64,000 bases of DNA from Laetmonice hystrix (taxonomy: Eukaryota): contig OZ249436.1 in the NCBI GenBank assembly GCA_965235115.1, forward strand, positions 7,316,001-7,380,000, read 5' to 3'. The first letter of the stretch is position 1, and each line of letters starts with the position of its first letter. The notes beneath the pieces are model-generated. The model did no database searches. It was not told where the DNA came from and saw only the letters and a list, made by a program, of their open reading frames with translations. The position numbers were made by a program, and so were the translations under genes. Shown here in pieces: positions 24,508-37,137 of this stretch.

Positions 24508-26878
24508 TTGTTTGTGGTGACGCCATTGAGCGGTACTGTGATGGTGTGGGGCTGTTGCTTGGTGTTGGCGGTCGTGGTGGTGTTGGCGTTCTGGTCGGGT
24601 TGGCTGGTGAAGATAAACTGAGGCGCAGAACTTGTGGCAGTGAAGGAGAAAAGCTTGGGTTGTCCTGTAGTACCTGATGTACAGGTCGCAAAGTTCATGT
24701 TAGGCTGCAGGGCTGAATGATGCTGCAGTAGGCTACTCAAGGTGGCCTTAGAGTCTATGCTTGTGGTCATGGGTGTTGTTGAGATTGCGATAGACGGGAT
24801 AGGATGTTGTGCCTGAGGCTGGGGATGGTGCTGGGGCTGACCCATGGGTTGAAGCTGTATTTGAGCCACGACGGGCTGCTGTACGTGCTGTGACTGTGGG
24901 AATGCGGCATGCTGAGGCTGCGCTTGGATCACGGAAGTCTGCGGTTTGGTTTCGGCCGGTGGAGAACTCTGCTGTTTGATGATGGCCTGCAGTTTGAACT
25001 GTTCATTGACGGCTTTAGAATGCGCGGCAAACTGAGCCTCCTTCAGTTGAAGCTGCGACATCTGAAGCTGCCTGCGCAGGTCGTCAATCTGTTTCTGTTG
25101 CTGACGGACGAGTTCGTCCTGTGAGATCACCTGGGGCTGACCCACCTGCACCTGCACCTGCGGCGGCACCTGCACTGAGATGAACTGAGGTGTGGCCGTA
25201 GCCGTGGCCGTGGAGGTCTGCGGTACCAGATGTGGGGTCACCTGCTGGCTGGCCGTCGGCTCGATGGTAACAGCTGAACCAGCGATGGGTGACGGAGTGT
25301 GACTCCGTAACGGCGGAGACAGGATTTTGAGGGGAGTGGCCCTGGCCGCAGCGTTCAGGGCAGCAGTCAAGGTTGTCACATTGGCAGCAGCTGTAGCTAC
25401 ACTCTGGGCGTTGGCCAGGTTAAGGTTCGAGTGGCCACCGGATAGATCGATCTCCATGGGCGCCACTGAAGGAGGCCTTGACAACTGTTGGGCGTCGACC
25501 ACCATGGGGATTGAGCGCTGAGACGACCCCAGCATAATGTTCGGGGGTACGACCTGACTGGCGATGGACAGCATGGGCGGGGAGGCTATGTTGATGTCCA
25601 TGCTCAGGTCGGGCGACAGCGGGCCCAAGGAACTCTGGGAAGCATTGAGATCGAGGCTGCTGCTGCCAGGGGAACCAGGCGGGGAGCCGAGGGCCATACT
25701 GTTGGAGTCCTCGCTGGGGGCGACACTCTGTGGGGTAAGAGGCTGGATATTGACGATGTTACCCAAGGCTTGCACACTCTGGGGTGACATCACTTGCATG
25801 TCACCGTACCCGCTCACACTACTACTGCTGGGTGACGTCAATGACGACACTGATACTGTCTGCGGCTGTGGCGAGCTACTCGTACTCGTAAAGCTTTGGT
25901 TTCCGTTCAGAATGGCGTCAGCATAGGGTTTTAGCCGTTCCAGGAGAGCTGGCTTCGGGCCGGACACTGGCAAGTTGCGCTTTTTGCATTCTGCTTTCAA
26001 ATCTGCTACTTTGTAGTCGTCAAGAGCTTTCACCTTCTGCGGAGGTTGGGCAACTGGGGCGGGTTGCGGAGAAGCAGCAGTGTTGATGACTGGGGGCACA
26101 GGAACTGTAGCAGATGACAAGGTCTGGCTATTGGAGGTTGAACTGTGTTCCGATCCTGATGGGGACAAGGCAATGGGGAGCGGGGTGGAGGCAGGACTCG
26201 GGGCCGCTGAGTGACTGGGCGTGTCCGGGGACCCGGCCGCTGCCGCCGCTGCCGCCTTCTGCTGATGTGCAGGCAAGATGTAGAGGTTCTTCTGCTGGAA
26301 CTCCAGCTGCCACTGGAGCAGCAGTTGCTGCTGCTGCAGCATGATGTTGTAGGGTGTACCATCTGCCCCGCAGGGTTGATTTGTAGGTGTTGTCTTCACG
26401 ATATTCGGTGGCCCCTTGTACTCATGGAACTTAATTACCTTAGACTTTGGTGGAGCCTTTGGTTTAGGTTTCTTTAATCTCGACACTTTACCGCCGCCAC
26501 TGGTATTTAAACTGTTGCCACTACTCGACCTGTGCATAGAGCTGCCCCCTAGTGAGCTCAAGCTGGTACTACCACCCGGGGGAGAGGGTGAGAATGACTG
26601 TGACGTGATTGACGGCATTGTAGTTTGGGAGAAGACAAATGTCTTGGGCTGGGTGGACGCCGATTGCTGCATCTTCTGCAGCAGAGGGGTAATGTCGGGC
26701 GGTGTGGGGATGCTGACCGACGACCCGGCCGACTGCGGGTCGGAGTCGGTCCCCTGACCGCTCTGGGTCTGGGGCGAGGGCGCCCCATCACTGGAGTTAC
26801 TGTCATCATCAAATACAAAACTACGTGATGACCTCTTCTCTCCAGCCTCCGTGGTTGTCTGAAACTGCAGCTTGCCAT
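24508..26878 (-). CDS. Mrtf: MRTF large exon (2371 nt): basic B1 region, Q-rich segment, SAP domain, coiled coil/leucine zipper
   Basis: Inside the 794-aa ORF. Motifs: KKPKPKAPPKSKVIKFHEYKGPP (B1), YNIMLQQQQLLLQWQL (Q), LDDYKVADLKAECKKRNLPVSGPKPALLERLKPY (SAP, about 25923-26024), QDELVRQQQKQIDDLRRQLQMSQLQL (coiled coil). ttccag| acceptor at 26878, AA|gtgagt donor at 24508, phase 1-2. Confidence 0.98.
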
Positions 26879-27103
26879 CTGGAACCAACCATAAAACAGT
26901 ATTACTCTATGTTCACTGCTTCTTGTCCTTCTCTAAGGTACTTTGGTACCAAGTGTCTCAAGAGTGGACTGGTTGAGATTTCCACGTAATGGCATAAACA
27001 CTGGCCTGTCTGGAACACTACCATACTCTAGATAACCTGAATATCAGTAGATTACCGTAACAGGTACGTAACGTGGCGAACATACCAGTCTGGTTAGCCT
27101 TAC

Positions 27104-27265
27104 CTCTAATGGCGTCTTGCAGTTGTGGGTCTGTCTGTAGGATGTTACCCTTCACAAGCTCGAGGGGTCCGGGGCGGTTAGCCAACCGGTCGCTGAGACT
27201 GTCCTGCAGCCGAGCTCGCTTCAGCTGCTGCTGGCGTACTTGCAATAATGGCGCCGCAGTGGAAT
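27104..27265 (-). CDS. Mrtf: MRTF exon: RPEL3 (QLKRARLQDSLSDRLANRPGPLELVKGNIL)
   Basis: ttcattttag| acceptor, AGAG|gtaagg donor, 162 nt, phase 1-1. Near match to vertebrate LKRARLADDLNEKIAQRPGPMELVEKNIL. Confidence 0.97.
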
Positions 27266-27636
27266 CTAAAATGAAGGGTTTGTCGTGCTGGCTTATCCAG
27301 TGAAAACACTGTCCTAGTGACCGGTATCTTCAATTTTAAATGCTTCAGAGACTGATCTGTTTGGCATCCCCTTTCTTATGAGTAGATGAATTAAACAAAT
27401 GACATGACTAATCACGACAGGTTTACAAGTTCGTGTAGTCTACCAACATGTAACATGAACTATTTCAGTTACTGCAGTTAAATCCAGAATGTTCAAATAA
27501 CCATTGTCTAGTTGAAAGTGTTAACAACTTTTAACCAAGGAGTAAAGTCTCACACAGGACAGTAGAGCTAATTGATAAATGTTTTTATTAAAGCCTTTAA
27601 GGAGGAAAGGATTGCCGGCGATGGTTCAGAACTTAC

Positions 27637-27712
27637 CTTCCAATATATGTTGTTCAACTAATGCTTGCCTGTCTGGTCTTTGCTGTATTTTGTGCTTCAA
27701 TAAATCTGCATT
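27637..27712 (-). CDS. Mrtf: MRTF exon: RPEL2 (NADLLKHKIQQRPDRQALVEQHILE)
   Basis: ttttatttcag| acceptor, GAAG|gtaagt donor, 76 nt, phase 0-1. RPEL-type RPxxxxLxxxxIL pattern. Confidence 0.95.
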
Positions 27713-29410
27713 CTGAAATAAAATATTCAGACTGTATAATAGTAGATGATTATCTGAATATCATGTTCCTACAGATGAGGAAACTGGAGAATACCGGCAC
27801 ATTTTGAAGTTAAAAATCTTGTCTGCCAGAGAATATTTATGTCAACTTGATTCTGAACTATTAAGAGTGTAAAGCCGGTTAACTTCCGCTGGGGAAAAAA
27901 AAGACTTCTGTGTTTATTCTAGAATTCAGTCAAACGTTTTATGGCAAGGCGATCTATTTTTGTCGTGCAACATACTGTGTACTTCCTGAAAGGTACAGGT
28001 CTTTTTTCTACACTCGTTCAACATCAATCTGTCCTAAGATAAATATATTAATCGTTTCTGCTTTTACAGTATTAAATGCTTTTCTACCAGATCGTTGGCC
28101 GTCTGAACAAACAAAAAGAAAGCCATGTTTAATTTTGATAGCGACTGTAGGCCGATATAGATAGTGACGTGATGTAACGGAGCCTGCTGAGCATGACGGC
28201 TGAGGGAGTGAGCGGTAGATTATCATTGAAAACATAACGTCTCTCTGCACAGCTCCACCTTACCCGGCATCAAACAGTTCGTAATCGGAATACGTCAGTT
28301 CTCTTTTACTGTCACCACCAAATCCTCATCCTCTTCTACCACTAGAGTCTGATCTAGAGAGCTGATAGATTGGTCATATTTAAGTTTCTATAAAACCACT
28401 ACTTCATAATGTGTTTTGCTGGGGGTTTTTTTCTTGTAGATGTGAGAAGACTTTGTTAAAACCTGCTTTTTGTTCTGTACAAAGCCAGAGAGACCGACCT
28501 TTGCCTCCTTTACATCTGATTTTAACTACTGCATGATATGTAAATAAACGTTAACATCATATTTATGTGGGGGAAAATAGAGTCAATTTCACACAGGCGT
28601 GCTTTATACATCTGAGTTCTGGTTTGGTGCTCAAAAATATTTAAAATATTTAGTTGGGTGTCCGGATAGGTGGCCAGAGAAGTGGGTCAAAGTTACTGGA
28701 TGTCCTTGAACATTGTTAGCCCCGATATTTGCGGGATTCCGAGGGCGAGGGTAGTGACTGGCTATAGAGACACAGCGAGAGTAAGAGAGAGAGAAGGCGG
28801 CTATAGAGGCGCGGCTCTGTTCACATGTGTAAGGTAAACAACCCTATGTACATGCCGTGATATAGTGCCCCTGTAAATTGTGCCCTTCTCCATCGGCCAT
28901 AAATGCACGCTGCACACAAAACTCGGGCACGTGTCCACTGTTTATTCTTACCACATGCTAGTGTTATACATCATGTAGGCGGTACGCTGCTACTGCTGCC
29001 GTCCCCCAGGGCCGGCCTCGATGGCAGCAGCTACCGTTTGAATGTCAGGATCAGAGCGGGCCTGAGCTGGCCCACAGGTGGCTCCGACATGACCACTTAA
29101 CACTACCATTCTCAACCCGACCGTCTCTGCTCGTACTGGCAAGCTAACGTCCCCACCAACACTCCCAGATAACTCAATCTCATGGCGTCTTATTGATTCA
29201 ATTGAAGTTTTAATACCGTCCTACAGCAGCTTAATAACATTTAATAAACGAAAGTTGATTACTGTAATCATTGGGCCTTGGTCCAAGTTAAACTGTACAG
29301 CATTGAATAGCTGCAGCGGGTATCTGCTTGTTCGTCCTCTATTAGAACCGTGCTCAGACAACGGCCCGTAGGCATTGCCCATGGCGCCTTTTCACTGGCT
29401 ACAATTATGT

Positions 29411-29590
29411 TCAATTGGAGATGTAGTTTTTATTCACATTTAGAAGGGCAATTCGATTTGTGGCTCCTAAATCATATCTCCGCTGTTTTTTTCCTATTTC
29501 AGCCAACATATGGCCTTCTTTGACTATTTCCAGACTGTCGGCCAACACATACAATGTGGGATATTCAGCTGCTAGGGTTCGCACCTGTGA
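29411..29590 (-). pseudogene. Possible relic of a hAT transposase C-terminal (dimerisation) region
   Basis: AEYPTLYVLADSLEIV...KKQRRYDLGATNRIALLNVNK resembles the YPxLxxLAxxxL...RxxLG...ALLxIx pattern. The ERxFS core is missing. Judged by eye only. Confidence 0.3.
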
Positions 29591-32500
29591 ACAGGCTGGG
29601 TAGAAACAAATGAAGTTTGGAGGGCCACAGTTCTGGTTTAGGCCTTCTGTTGTTGTGCTGGTGTTACACAGCACACTGACACACAACACTTGCACTCGCC
29701 AAGCCCATAAATGTCACGGACCTCAGTCGGGAGTGGAATCATTTTAAATGTCACACATAACACGGCAAGGTGCCAGTGGAGGCCGAACAAACGAGTTGAC
29801 CTCTCTCTGATAGTCCACCTGTGGGTCGAGCAGGTGGGCAGGCAGGCAGGAGGCAGCAGGACGGCTTGCTGGGCAAACTGCTGCTTGATTGGACTGACAC
29901 CGAAATAGGTCAACTATAACCGACATTGTAACTGACGTTAATTAAATCAGCTGGAAGACAACCTAAGTGTTACCAGCACACTTTACACGTTCCGTTCCTT
30001 ATACTGAGCAACTTTGAAATCGACATGTTAAAAGCTGTGAAGTCCTCTCATGACAAGTCTATATGATTGATGAAGGCCTTCAATCTTTTCACTGAGAGTA
30101 TCCTACAGGGATGTACCCGCGGGGATGGGTTCATATCCTTTAAAAACTCGGCATGTGCGAAGTTAATAATATAAAGTCTGCCTTTCCAGGAACCTTGCCC
30201 TGGGTTACACTTAATTCTTGGTTGCAGAGCTTGAAACTCTTAACGCCAGGAAATGCTGCACCTGAGGATTCAATTCTTGTTGTTTATCTCGCTTACACAA
30301 TATCCCGTGTCTACGTCTTACAACCAGTCTCTCTGGGTTCTAGGGGTAACCCTCAGCACGGCCACATCACACAGCAAGTGCCTGTTTACCTAATTTACTA
30401 ATACGAAGTAAAGAATCCTGCAAACAGACATGTTACAACAACTCACGGTTTTCTACCCAATCCTTGAAGGTCTAGCGGACCATTTTGAAATAATTATGTC
30501 TGTTTGACCAATCAGTATACGCATACCCGTTAACTCCTGATCAATGAACGTGCCTACCGTCTGTAAAGTTCAAGTAAGATCAAATAGCATTTCATTACCA
30601 CTGCGCCTTGATCTGAATTATAGCCCAAAGCTGTGTAATATCCACGACTCGCACAACAACGATGTTCTAAGGGAAACTCCGAGTCGACCAAGTCCTGTTG
30701 TTATAACCTAGTTTATCCCTCAGTCCCACCGCCCATCTGTCTGCTTTGATCTTAGTCATGCCCCAAATCTTATGTTTCCTCATTCAGCTTAACGGCTGTT
30801 CAGTTCATCATAAAGAGGAGCTGCTCTCATCAGCTCTCCTAATGACCTGCGAAATGATCTTACAAATATTCAGCACCCATTTCCTGCTTCAAATTCTTTT
30901 GTAATAATGCTCCCAAAGCTACCGAATCAGATGGCATGCGTAGGTCCTTTCATCAAACTTTAAACTTTAATTTTAAAGCTCAACGATTGTCATTAATAAT
31001 GATCCATTGTTTCTCATGAGAACATAGAAGACAATGCTGCAGACTTCCGTTAGGCCAATCATAGGCATGTAATTGAGGAACCTGCAGAATCGTGTACGGA
31101 CAGCCTTTGGTTTAACGTCATACTCCCAGCTACAACTGACAATGAATCGAAATTCTGAGGTGACGTGCTTGGAGCTACTGTTTACTTGACAAATATTAAC
31201 ACAGATTTCCGAGGTGTAAATGCCTGATTATACCTGTGAATCAACAGGAATGTATCCCAGGCGTCAAGACGTGTATCTACACCTGTTCCTCACCACTGTG
31301 CATTTGAAAGCAGTTGATATATTTACCAACCGACATCTGCCATCATTCACTGATGTTTTCACTTAGTTTTCCAATTGTTCTTTTCGTTTCAGGTTGCAAC
31401 AATATAAGCAACGATAACGGCCACAAATTTTTGTAATCTAGTCGTCTATCTGTTATAAATATTAGGTAGGTATGATCCGTCAGAGTCTGTGTGTACAGCA
31501 GGTCATGATCTTTTGACAGGCCACAATAGGAGGCACCCCTGGCAGGCTAAAAGTAAATGTGCCTTAGGCATTCGGGGGACAACAACAAACACTAGTTAGC
31601 ACTCTACATGTTCCTCCCAGCCGACTGAATGAATGTTTGGCCGTACTAGAGGGTTGCATTAGGACCTGCTTTAGGCCTTAGTAAATACAATTGGTGGGGG
31701 GAATTTGTTTTTTTGCTCCGTGCTACCCTGAATTCGTGCTATGCACCGCGCCGTCCGTAGTACCTTGGTATACACTGGAGCTTTCAGCATAGCATGGAGC
31801 TTTCAATATAGACGTGATATTTCAAACTTAACTAACATGACAGGATCAGCTTGTTTTTGTACGTTTACACGGGCCAATACTGATAAAAGTTCATTTTATA
31901 AAGGCAAAAATCCAGCTAGGATTGGTACTGGAATTCACTCTGCTATAACTCAGTGGTCGTGGAATCGTTTTGTACATTCATTTTTGTTAAGACTTCACTG
32001 TGAAGAATCGTCCACAGCCATAATTCACAGAGATATATGCTGATAAGTCACATAGAATGAGATAACTTTATCTCCAAACAGACTACATTAATTTTCATTC
32101 CGCATTTTTTGGCCGAGTTTCCTTCGCTGTTGGTGACAAAGGTGGCGCCTCCACAGCAACAATTCATGGAAACTGGCAACAAACTGTGTACAGATCGGGT
32201 TGAGTTTGGAGGGATTGGTCAGATGGTAAAACCTGGGGTAAAACCTGGCAACCCGATCCATGGCTTATCCTCATTATCAGCGATCAAAGTCAGTAAAGTG
32301 TACAAACACTCGGTAGTTTTACACCGCATGTCACCGGGCCATCATCGGGGCAGGAGACGGCCTGCAGGGAGGGGGCATACCACTCCCACCAACCCGCTTT
32401 CAGGCTAAACCCGTACAAACTACACCCTGGCAACGATCAAATCAACACTAGTCGTCATCGAATCAATAGTGCATGAAATACAGTCCGAACTAAATCAGTT

Positions 32501-33308
32501 GAAATGTCATCATTTTCATTTAATATCCTAATCCTGTATGTTGTACTTATTTAGTTTTCATCGTAAAATTTCCAAACAACCCCCCCCCCCCTCATCCCCC
32601 AGTGGAGCGAGCAACACTGCGACTTTTCAATAAAGTTCAAGCTCGATGGTCTGATAAAATACAAATCTGCACTTGGTAAATTTAATTTACTGAGCTAAAT
32701 ATCGCATAATCTGCTAACATTGCTTTAGGGTATATAACTCTCAGCATGTTATAATAGTACCCAGGCTAGAAATAGGTTCCTGCCAGGCTAGTGAATGCCA
32801 CGAGTTGCCTACGTAGAAAACTATGGAGCAGTTACGGCCTGTTTTTCTGTGTTCTGTGCCCAGATGGTTGAGAAACTGGGCTGATTTTATTTATCCTAGC
32901 TAACTGACAGCATATGTGGAGGAAGTGTCATTGGGTGTGACTCCATTAACCCGACAACTAACCCTGGTTCACTCCCTTGTCTACCCACAACTAAGGTTGC
33001 CTGTGGTACGGACACCAGCCACTTCAATGGCTTACAGTAAACCCTTCAATATCTAGAGCTATGCACGGCATTTACAGACACATACCAAGGCTTTTCATCG
33101 ACATTTTATATCTCTGATTTCATTTTAGCTCCCCTCCAAGGGGGCGAAGAGTGAAAATTGGAACACTCCAGGTCTGCGATGTTGATCAATATATAGTTTT
33201 CCCACAGGCTTTTTGAATCCTATTCACTAGGTGTACGACAAAAAAAGAGAACAATTTCAAACATGTTTCAAAAATGCCTTTTTAGGCAGACACTAAAATC
33301 CGTTAAAG

Positions 33309-33352
33309 TAGTTTGTACTAGTCTACATCTAGACTAGTACTAGTACGAACTA
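33309..33352. repeat. Short palindrome, possible collapsed MITE or footprint
   Basis: gtactagtcta-catc-tagactagtac, with outer arms tagtttgtac/gtacgaacta. Confidence 0.55.
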
Positions 33353-33446
33353 ATTAGCCCCTCACTGATTTCCTGTGTAGAGGTTTTTGCCATGATCCAT
33401 GTATATACTGTCCTTAGCAGATCTGAATAAAAGAAGTGATATATAC

Positions 33447-33502
33447 CTTTGCTCTTTCCAGTTGTTTCCGCTGTTCAGCATAAGCTGGGGGTGTTTTCAA
33501 TG
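33447..33502 (-). CDS. Mrtf: MRTF exon: RPEL1-2 spacer (PLKTPPAYAEQRKQLERAK)
   Basis: ttttatcttccag| acceptor, AAG|gtatat donor, 56 nt, phase 1-0. Matches vertebrate PLKSPAAFHEQRRSLERAR. Confidence 0.95.
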
Positions 33503-35622
33503 CTGGAAGATAAAACAGCATCATTTAATACACAAAAGTAAATCTTTACTGCATGTTTACTGGGTTTCTCTTACATAAAATTAAAATGTGATAGAGTAAA
33601 CACTGCATAACGACAGAAAAAAACGATTTTACAGAAAACATTGGGTAAAATATAAACACTATATGTCAGGCACCTTCAAGACCCGTTCCAGATTGAATAA
33701 CCCATATTAACCGTGGTCCTACTGAAAGCTGTTATACTGTGTGCTCAATATCAGCTAGCCTAAATCCTTCTACTCCCGCTGAGCTCTATCTTACGCAAGT
33801 CAAATTCCGGGGTGTGAATTTGACGAATGATGTTTGGGGAGATAGAAAGTTTGTAATGCCACGTATGTGTTTGTGCCTATAGGCATCCTTCAGCCTTCAT
33901 ATCAGGCGGGGCCACAACTCCACAACTCCATATATTATTTGAGGCAAGTCCTTTATTATGTGTGCGGGTCGACCTGAGGAGGATCGTTAGTCTATCAAAC
34001 ATGAGGGTTTCTCCAACTAAATTATCTGTAAAACCAAACAAAACAGGAGTACAAAATTCATCTATCCTTTATGACATCCCTGGTGTAGTGTACTGGAGTG
34101 TGTATGAATTATGCCTGGTTTGAGGAGTTTGGTGGAGTTATGGTGGGCATGCCGGTGTCCTAACTCCCCGCCTGTGTGTGCCATATCCCCAAAACACCGC
34201 CCGACTCCACCACCATCACCACCACTGGTGTGCACACCGCCTGGTGGCAGCGCCAGGAACCAGTATCCAGGGGGCGCGCGGGTGCTGCCCAGCCCCTGTA
34301 AGACGGCCCACCACTCGCGGCCACCTGGCTGCCCTGGCTCACCTGTTGTACCTTGGCCAGCCCTCCTCCACGCCACCCCCGGCCGTCACTGGGACGCGTG
34401 GGTATTCCAGAATGGCGAACAGAGTGGTCCGGGAGCTGGCTGGTCTGGTGGAGTAGGGTTGGTTCACGAGGGTGGCGCAGGGGGTTGGGGCAAGTTGGGG
34501 GCGAGGGGTAGGGGGTAAATCCCATGTCGCAGCCATTCTCTATAATCGTGGGCATACTGCCAGGGAGGCTAGGTACTCCTACAACTCTCCTAACCCACCT
34601 CTGGCTGAATCACCCCTCATTTCTTTCGTTTCCCCACCCCTCAGCGCCCCACCCTTCACATTCCCCAGTGCCACCCAGCTGAAATGGACGATTTCTGACA
34701 CTGCTGATTCAGAGTGTATCAGTGATGGTCCGAGTTGCGCCAGAGGGAATCCGTCCAAGTGCTGCGAGTGACACGGGCGGTGGTTCCGGCTGACGAGTAC
34801 GCTGACAGTTTGTTGGACGTCGCTCCCTGGAACCACATTCCACCTCACTTCCTCTCCTGTCGTGAGCTCTCACTATCTTGTCCCACCTGTCAGGTTCCCG
34901 CCGATTAAACTCACATCTTCCAGTTAACACCTGAGAGAAACTTCGTCAAATATCTCTCTGGTTTCAATCACATATCAGCATTGCTCCTCTCAAACTGACT
35001 TGCTTCAAATGTGGATGAAATACAAGTGTCGGTGAAGGTACGCCAAGGTAGGCGACTTTAAGATGAGGGCCTTCAATAGGCGGACCCTCTATCACAAACT
35101 CCGAGAGCGAACAGGATCAAAGTTGACATAAGATTACATAACCTTTCATGACACAATATATCCCCGGTCATTTCAATGGGCCTTACTCCTCAGGCTGGAT
35201 CAGTCCTCAGGCTGGATCAGCCGAGTTGGATGCGGTCACCCGGCCCAGGTTATGGGACCGCCGGGTCAGAACGACTATACAACACCAGGTAAGGTGATCC
35301 AGCAGGCAGAACCGAGCGAGGTTCAAGGATAAACACCCAGGGCACAAGGGTCCCACCTGCAACCCTTGCCGTAATCGTTTGAAGGTCACGGTCAGGTTTC
35401 CTTCCTGGGGTCGGTCAACCACTGACCGCTGTCCAGTCTGGGAAGGCAATCCCTGGTGGACACGACACTGGACACTGCGAGGGGACACAAAAGTAAACAG
35501 ACGGTTGTCCGTAGGGGCGTTATCTTGTCCTGTCAAAGTGATCTATCTGACCATGGCTGGGGTTGGACCAAATGGTTGGTTGACCGACTTCTGGGCGATC
35601 CGCTATGTAAGACAGCGGTGCC

Positions 35623-35875
35623 TAAAGGCCTGTACCCACTAGCGCGTTTTACCGCTGCGGGCCACGCTGAGCGACAAAACGCGCTAGTGGGTTCAGGCCT
35701 TTAGCTGTTATTGTTGTATTCATCGTGATAAAATTCGGACTCCCACGTAATTCAGAAATGTCCACATATCTCCTGAAGGCGGTGGTGCTTGCCGTAAGGC
35801 CTAAACCCCCTAGCGCGTTTTGTCGCTCAGCGTGGACCGCAGCGGTAAAACGCGCTAGTGGGTACAGGCCTTTAA
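35623..35875. mobile_element. Composite MITE: two ~80-bp palindromic units in inverted orientation around a ~91-bp spacer
   Basis: Unit A (35623-35703) and unit B (35795-35874) are reverse complements. Each is itself a hairpin (aggcctg(t/a)acccactagcgcgtttt ... aaaacgcgctagtggg). TA/TTAA-like flanks. Confidence 0.85.
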
Positions 35876-37071
35876 AGGAGCACCTCACAAATCCGTGTTA
35901 AATGAAACTCAATTTCTTTGATGTGTCCTTTCTTTATTGAATTCACCGTCGGATGTTTATATTACAAATCCTACCCCCCCCCCCAACCTGCCCCACCGCC
36001 AAAACACCTTGTGACTGATTGAGATCGGCCGATGGAAATTCCCATTTCATCTGTCTTGCCTTTTTCACGACTTAAGCTCCCACAGGAACACGTTCACATA
36101 GGTGATTTTATTGTCATCATTTCCCCTAGAATCCATCATTTAAAAGCCTAGCCATCGTACACCGCCTCAGGAAGACACAGTGACAAGGGCAAGTCAGGCT
36201 GAATCGTTCTCCGCCTGTTTTGTCAGCCTTGCCAGGCTTCATCCACAAGTGCCAACATGCAGGAAGCGCTTTCTGCTGCTTTAGTTCCCGGATAAAAAGT
36301 GCCACCAGTTCAGGCCGGCCGCCTGCCCACAATCCCGCTGCTCCTGCTCTCTCTCTGTGTTGTCTGGGAGGTTTTTCTCACCAGTCTCCTCACTGAAAGC
36401 TTCCTTGAGCAATCTGACGTGCAGGACAAACAGATGCTATACAACACTGAGACCTGCAGTCTGGTTTGTAGTTGCCCAGCAAAAACAGGTGCCAGCAGCC
36501 GTGCCTGCTGCTCCCTGACTCAGCCTCATCAGGAATGTAGTGTGTTCGCCACTCAACCTACCGAAGTTTATACCCTCAGCTTGCCAGGCAGTTCAGGGTT
36601 CTCACGGCAGGGCCACACATGTACGCACACTGTTCTCTATAGCTGACGGGTCCCTCAATGTGCTCACAGATGGGCCTGATACAGCGACAGATGCAATTAC
36701 AGCGGCCATAATCAAAAGGCGATGGTGGCGGTGGAGTTAACTAAAATTTTCAATCAGGATGGTGATGATGTTGTGATGAAGGTGTAGATGGCTGGAGCTG
36801 GGGTGTTTGTGGCCTGTTCACACCAGTATCATCAATCTCTACTGGCGACCATCTATCTCTAGCCACGGCACTGAAATTTCCTTCCATTTACTTCAAAGTT
36901 TCAATTCATCACGTCTGGCAATGCCGCCATGAAGCAGCCCGTATTATCTTCAAGGTGTCCTCCTCAATTTGACCCAATGCCCCGGCTCTAGGACCCATTT
37001 CTACTGGTGTCTCGCTCAGACCAACGAGTTGCTCAGACACACTAGGATAATGAAAGGAAATGGGTACTTAC

Positions 37072-37137
37072 GGGGGTAGATGCCCTGGTCTACCAGCTCA
37101 TTGACCGAGCGTCTCAACATCAACTTCCGCTTCAAAG
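37072..37137 (-). CDS. Mrtf: MRTF exon: RPEL1 (LKRKLMLRRSVNELVDQGIYP)
   Basis: ttttctgttatag| acceptor, |gtaagt donor, 66 nt, phase 1-1. Aligns to vertebrate RPEL1 LQQRRTREELVSQGIMPP. Confidence 0.95.

Noticed and set aside
24909-26828. Plus-strand and alternative-frame ORFs overlapping the large Mrtf exon
   Set aside because: Shadow ORFs of a GC-rich coding exon with no recognisable product.
33277-33286. CArG box (cctttttagg) suggesting SRF/MRTF autoregulation
   Set aside because: A few such 10-mers are expected by chance in 64 kb, and there is no other support.
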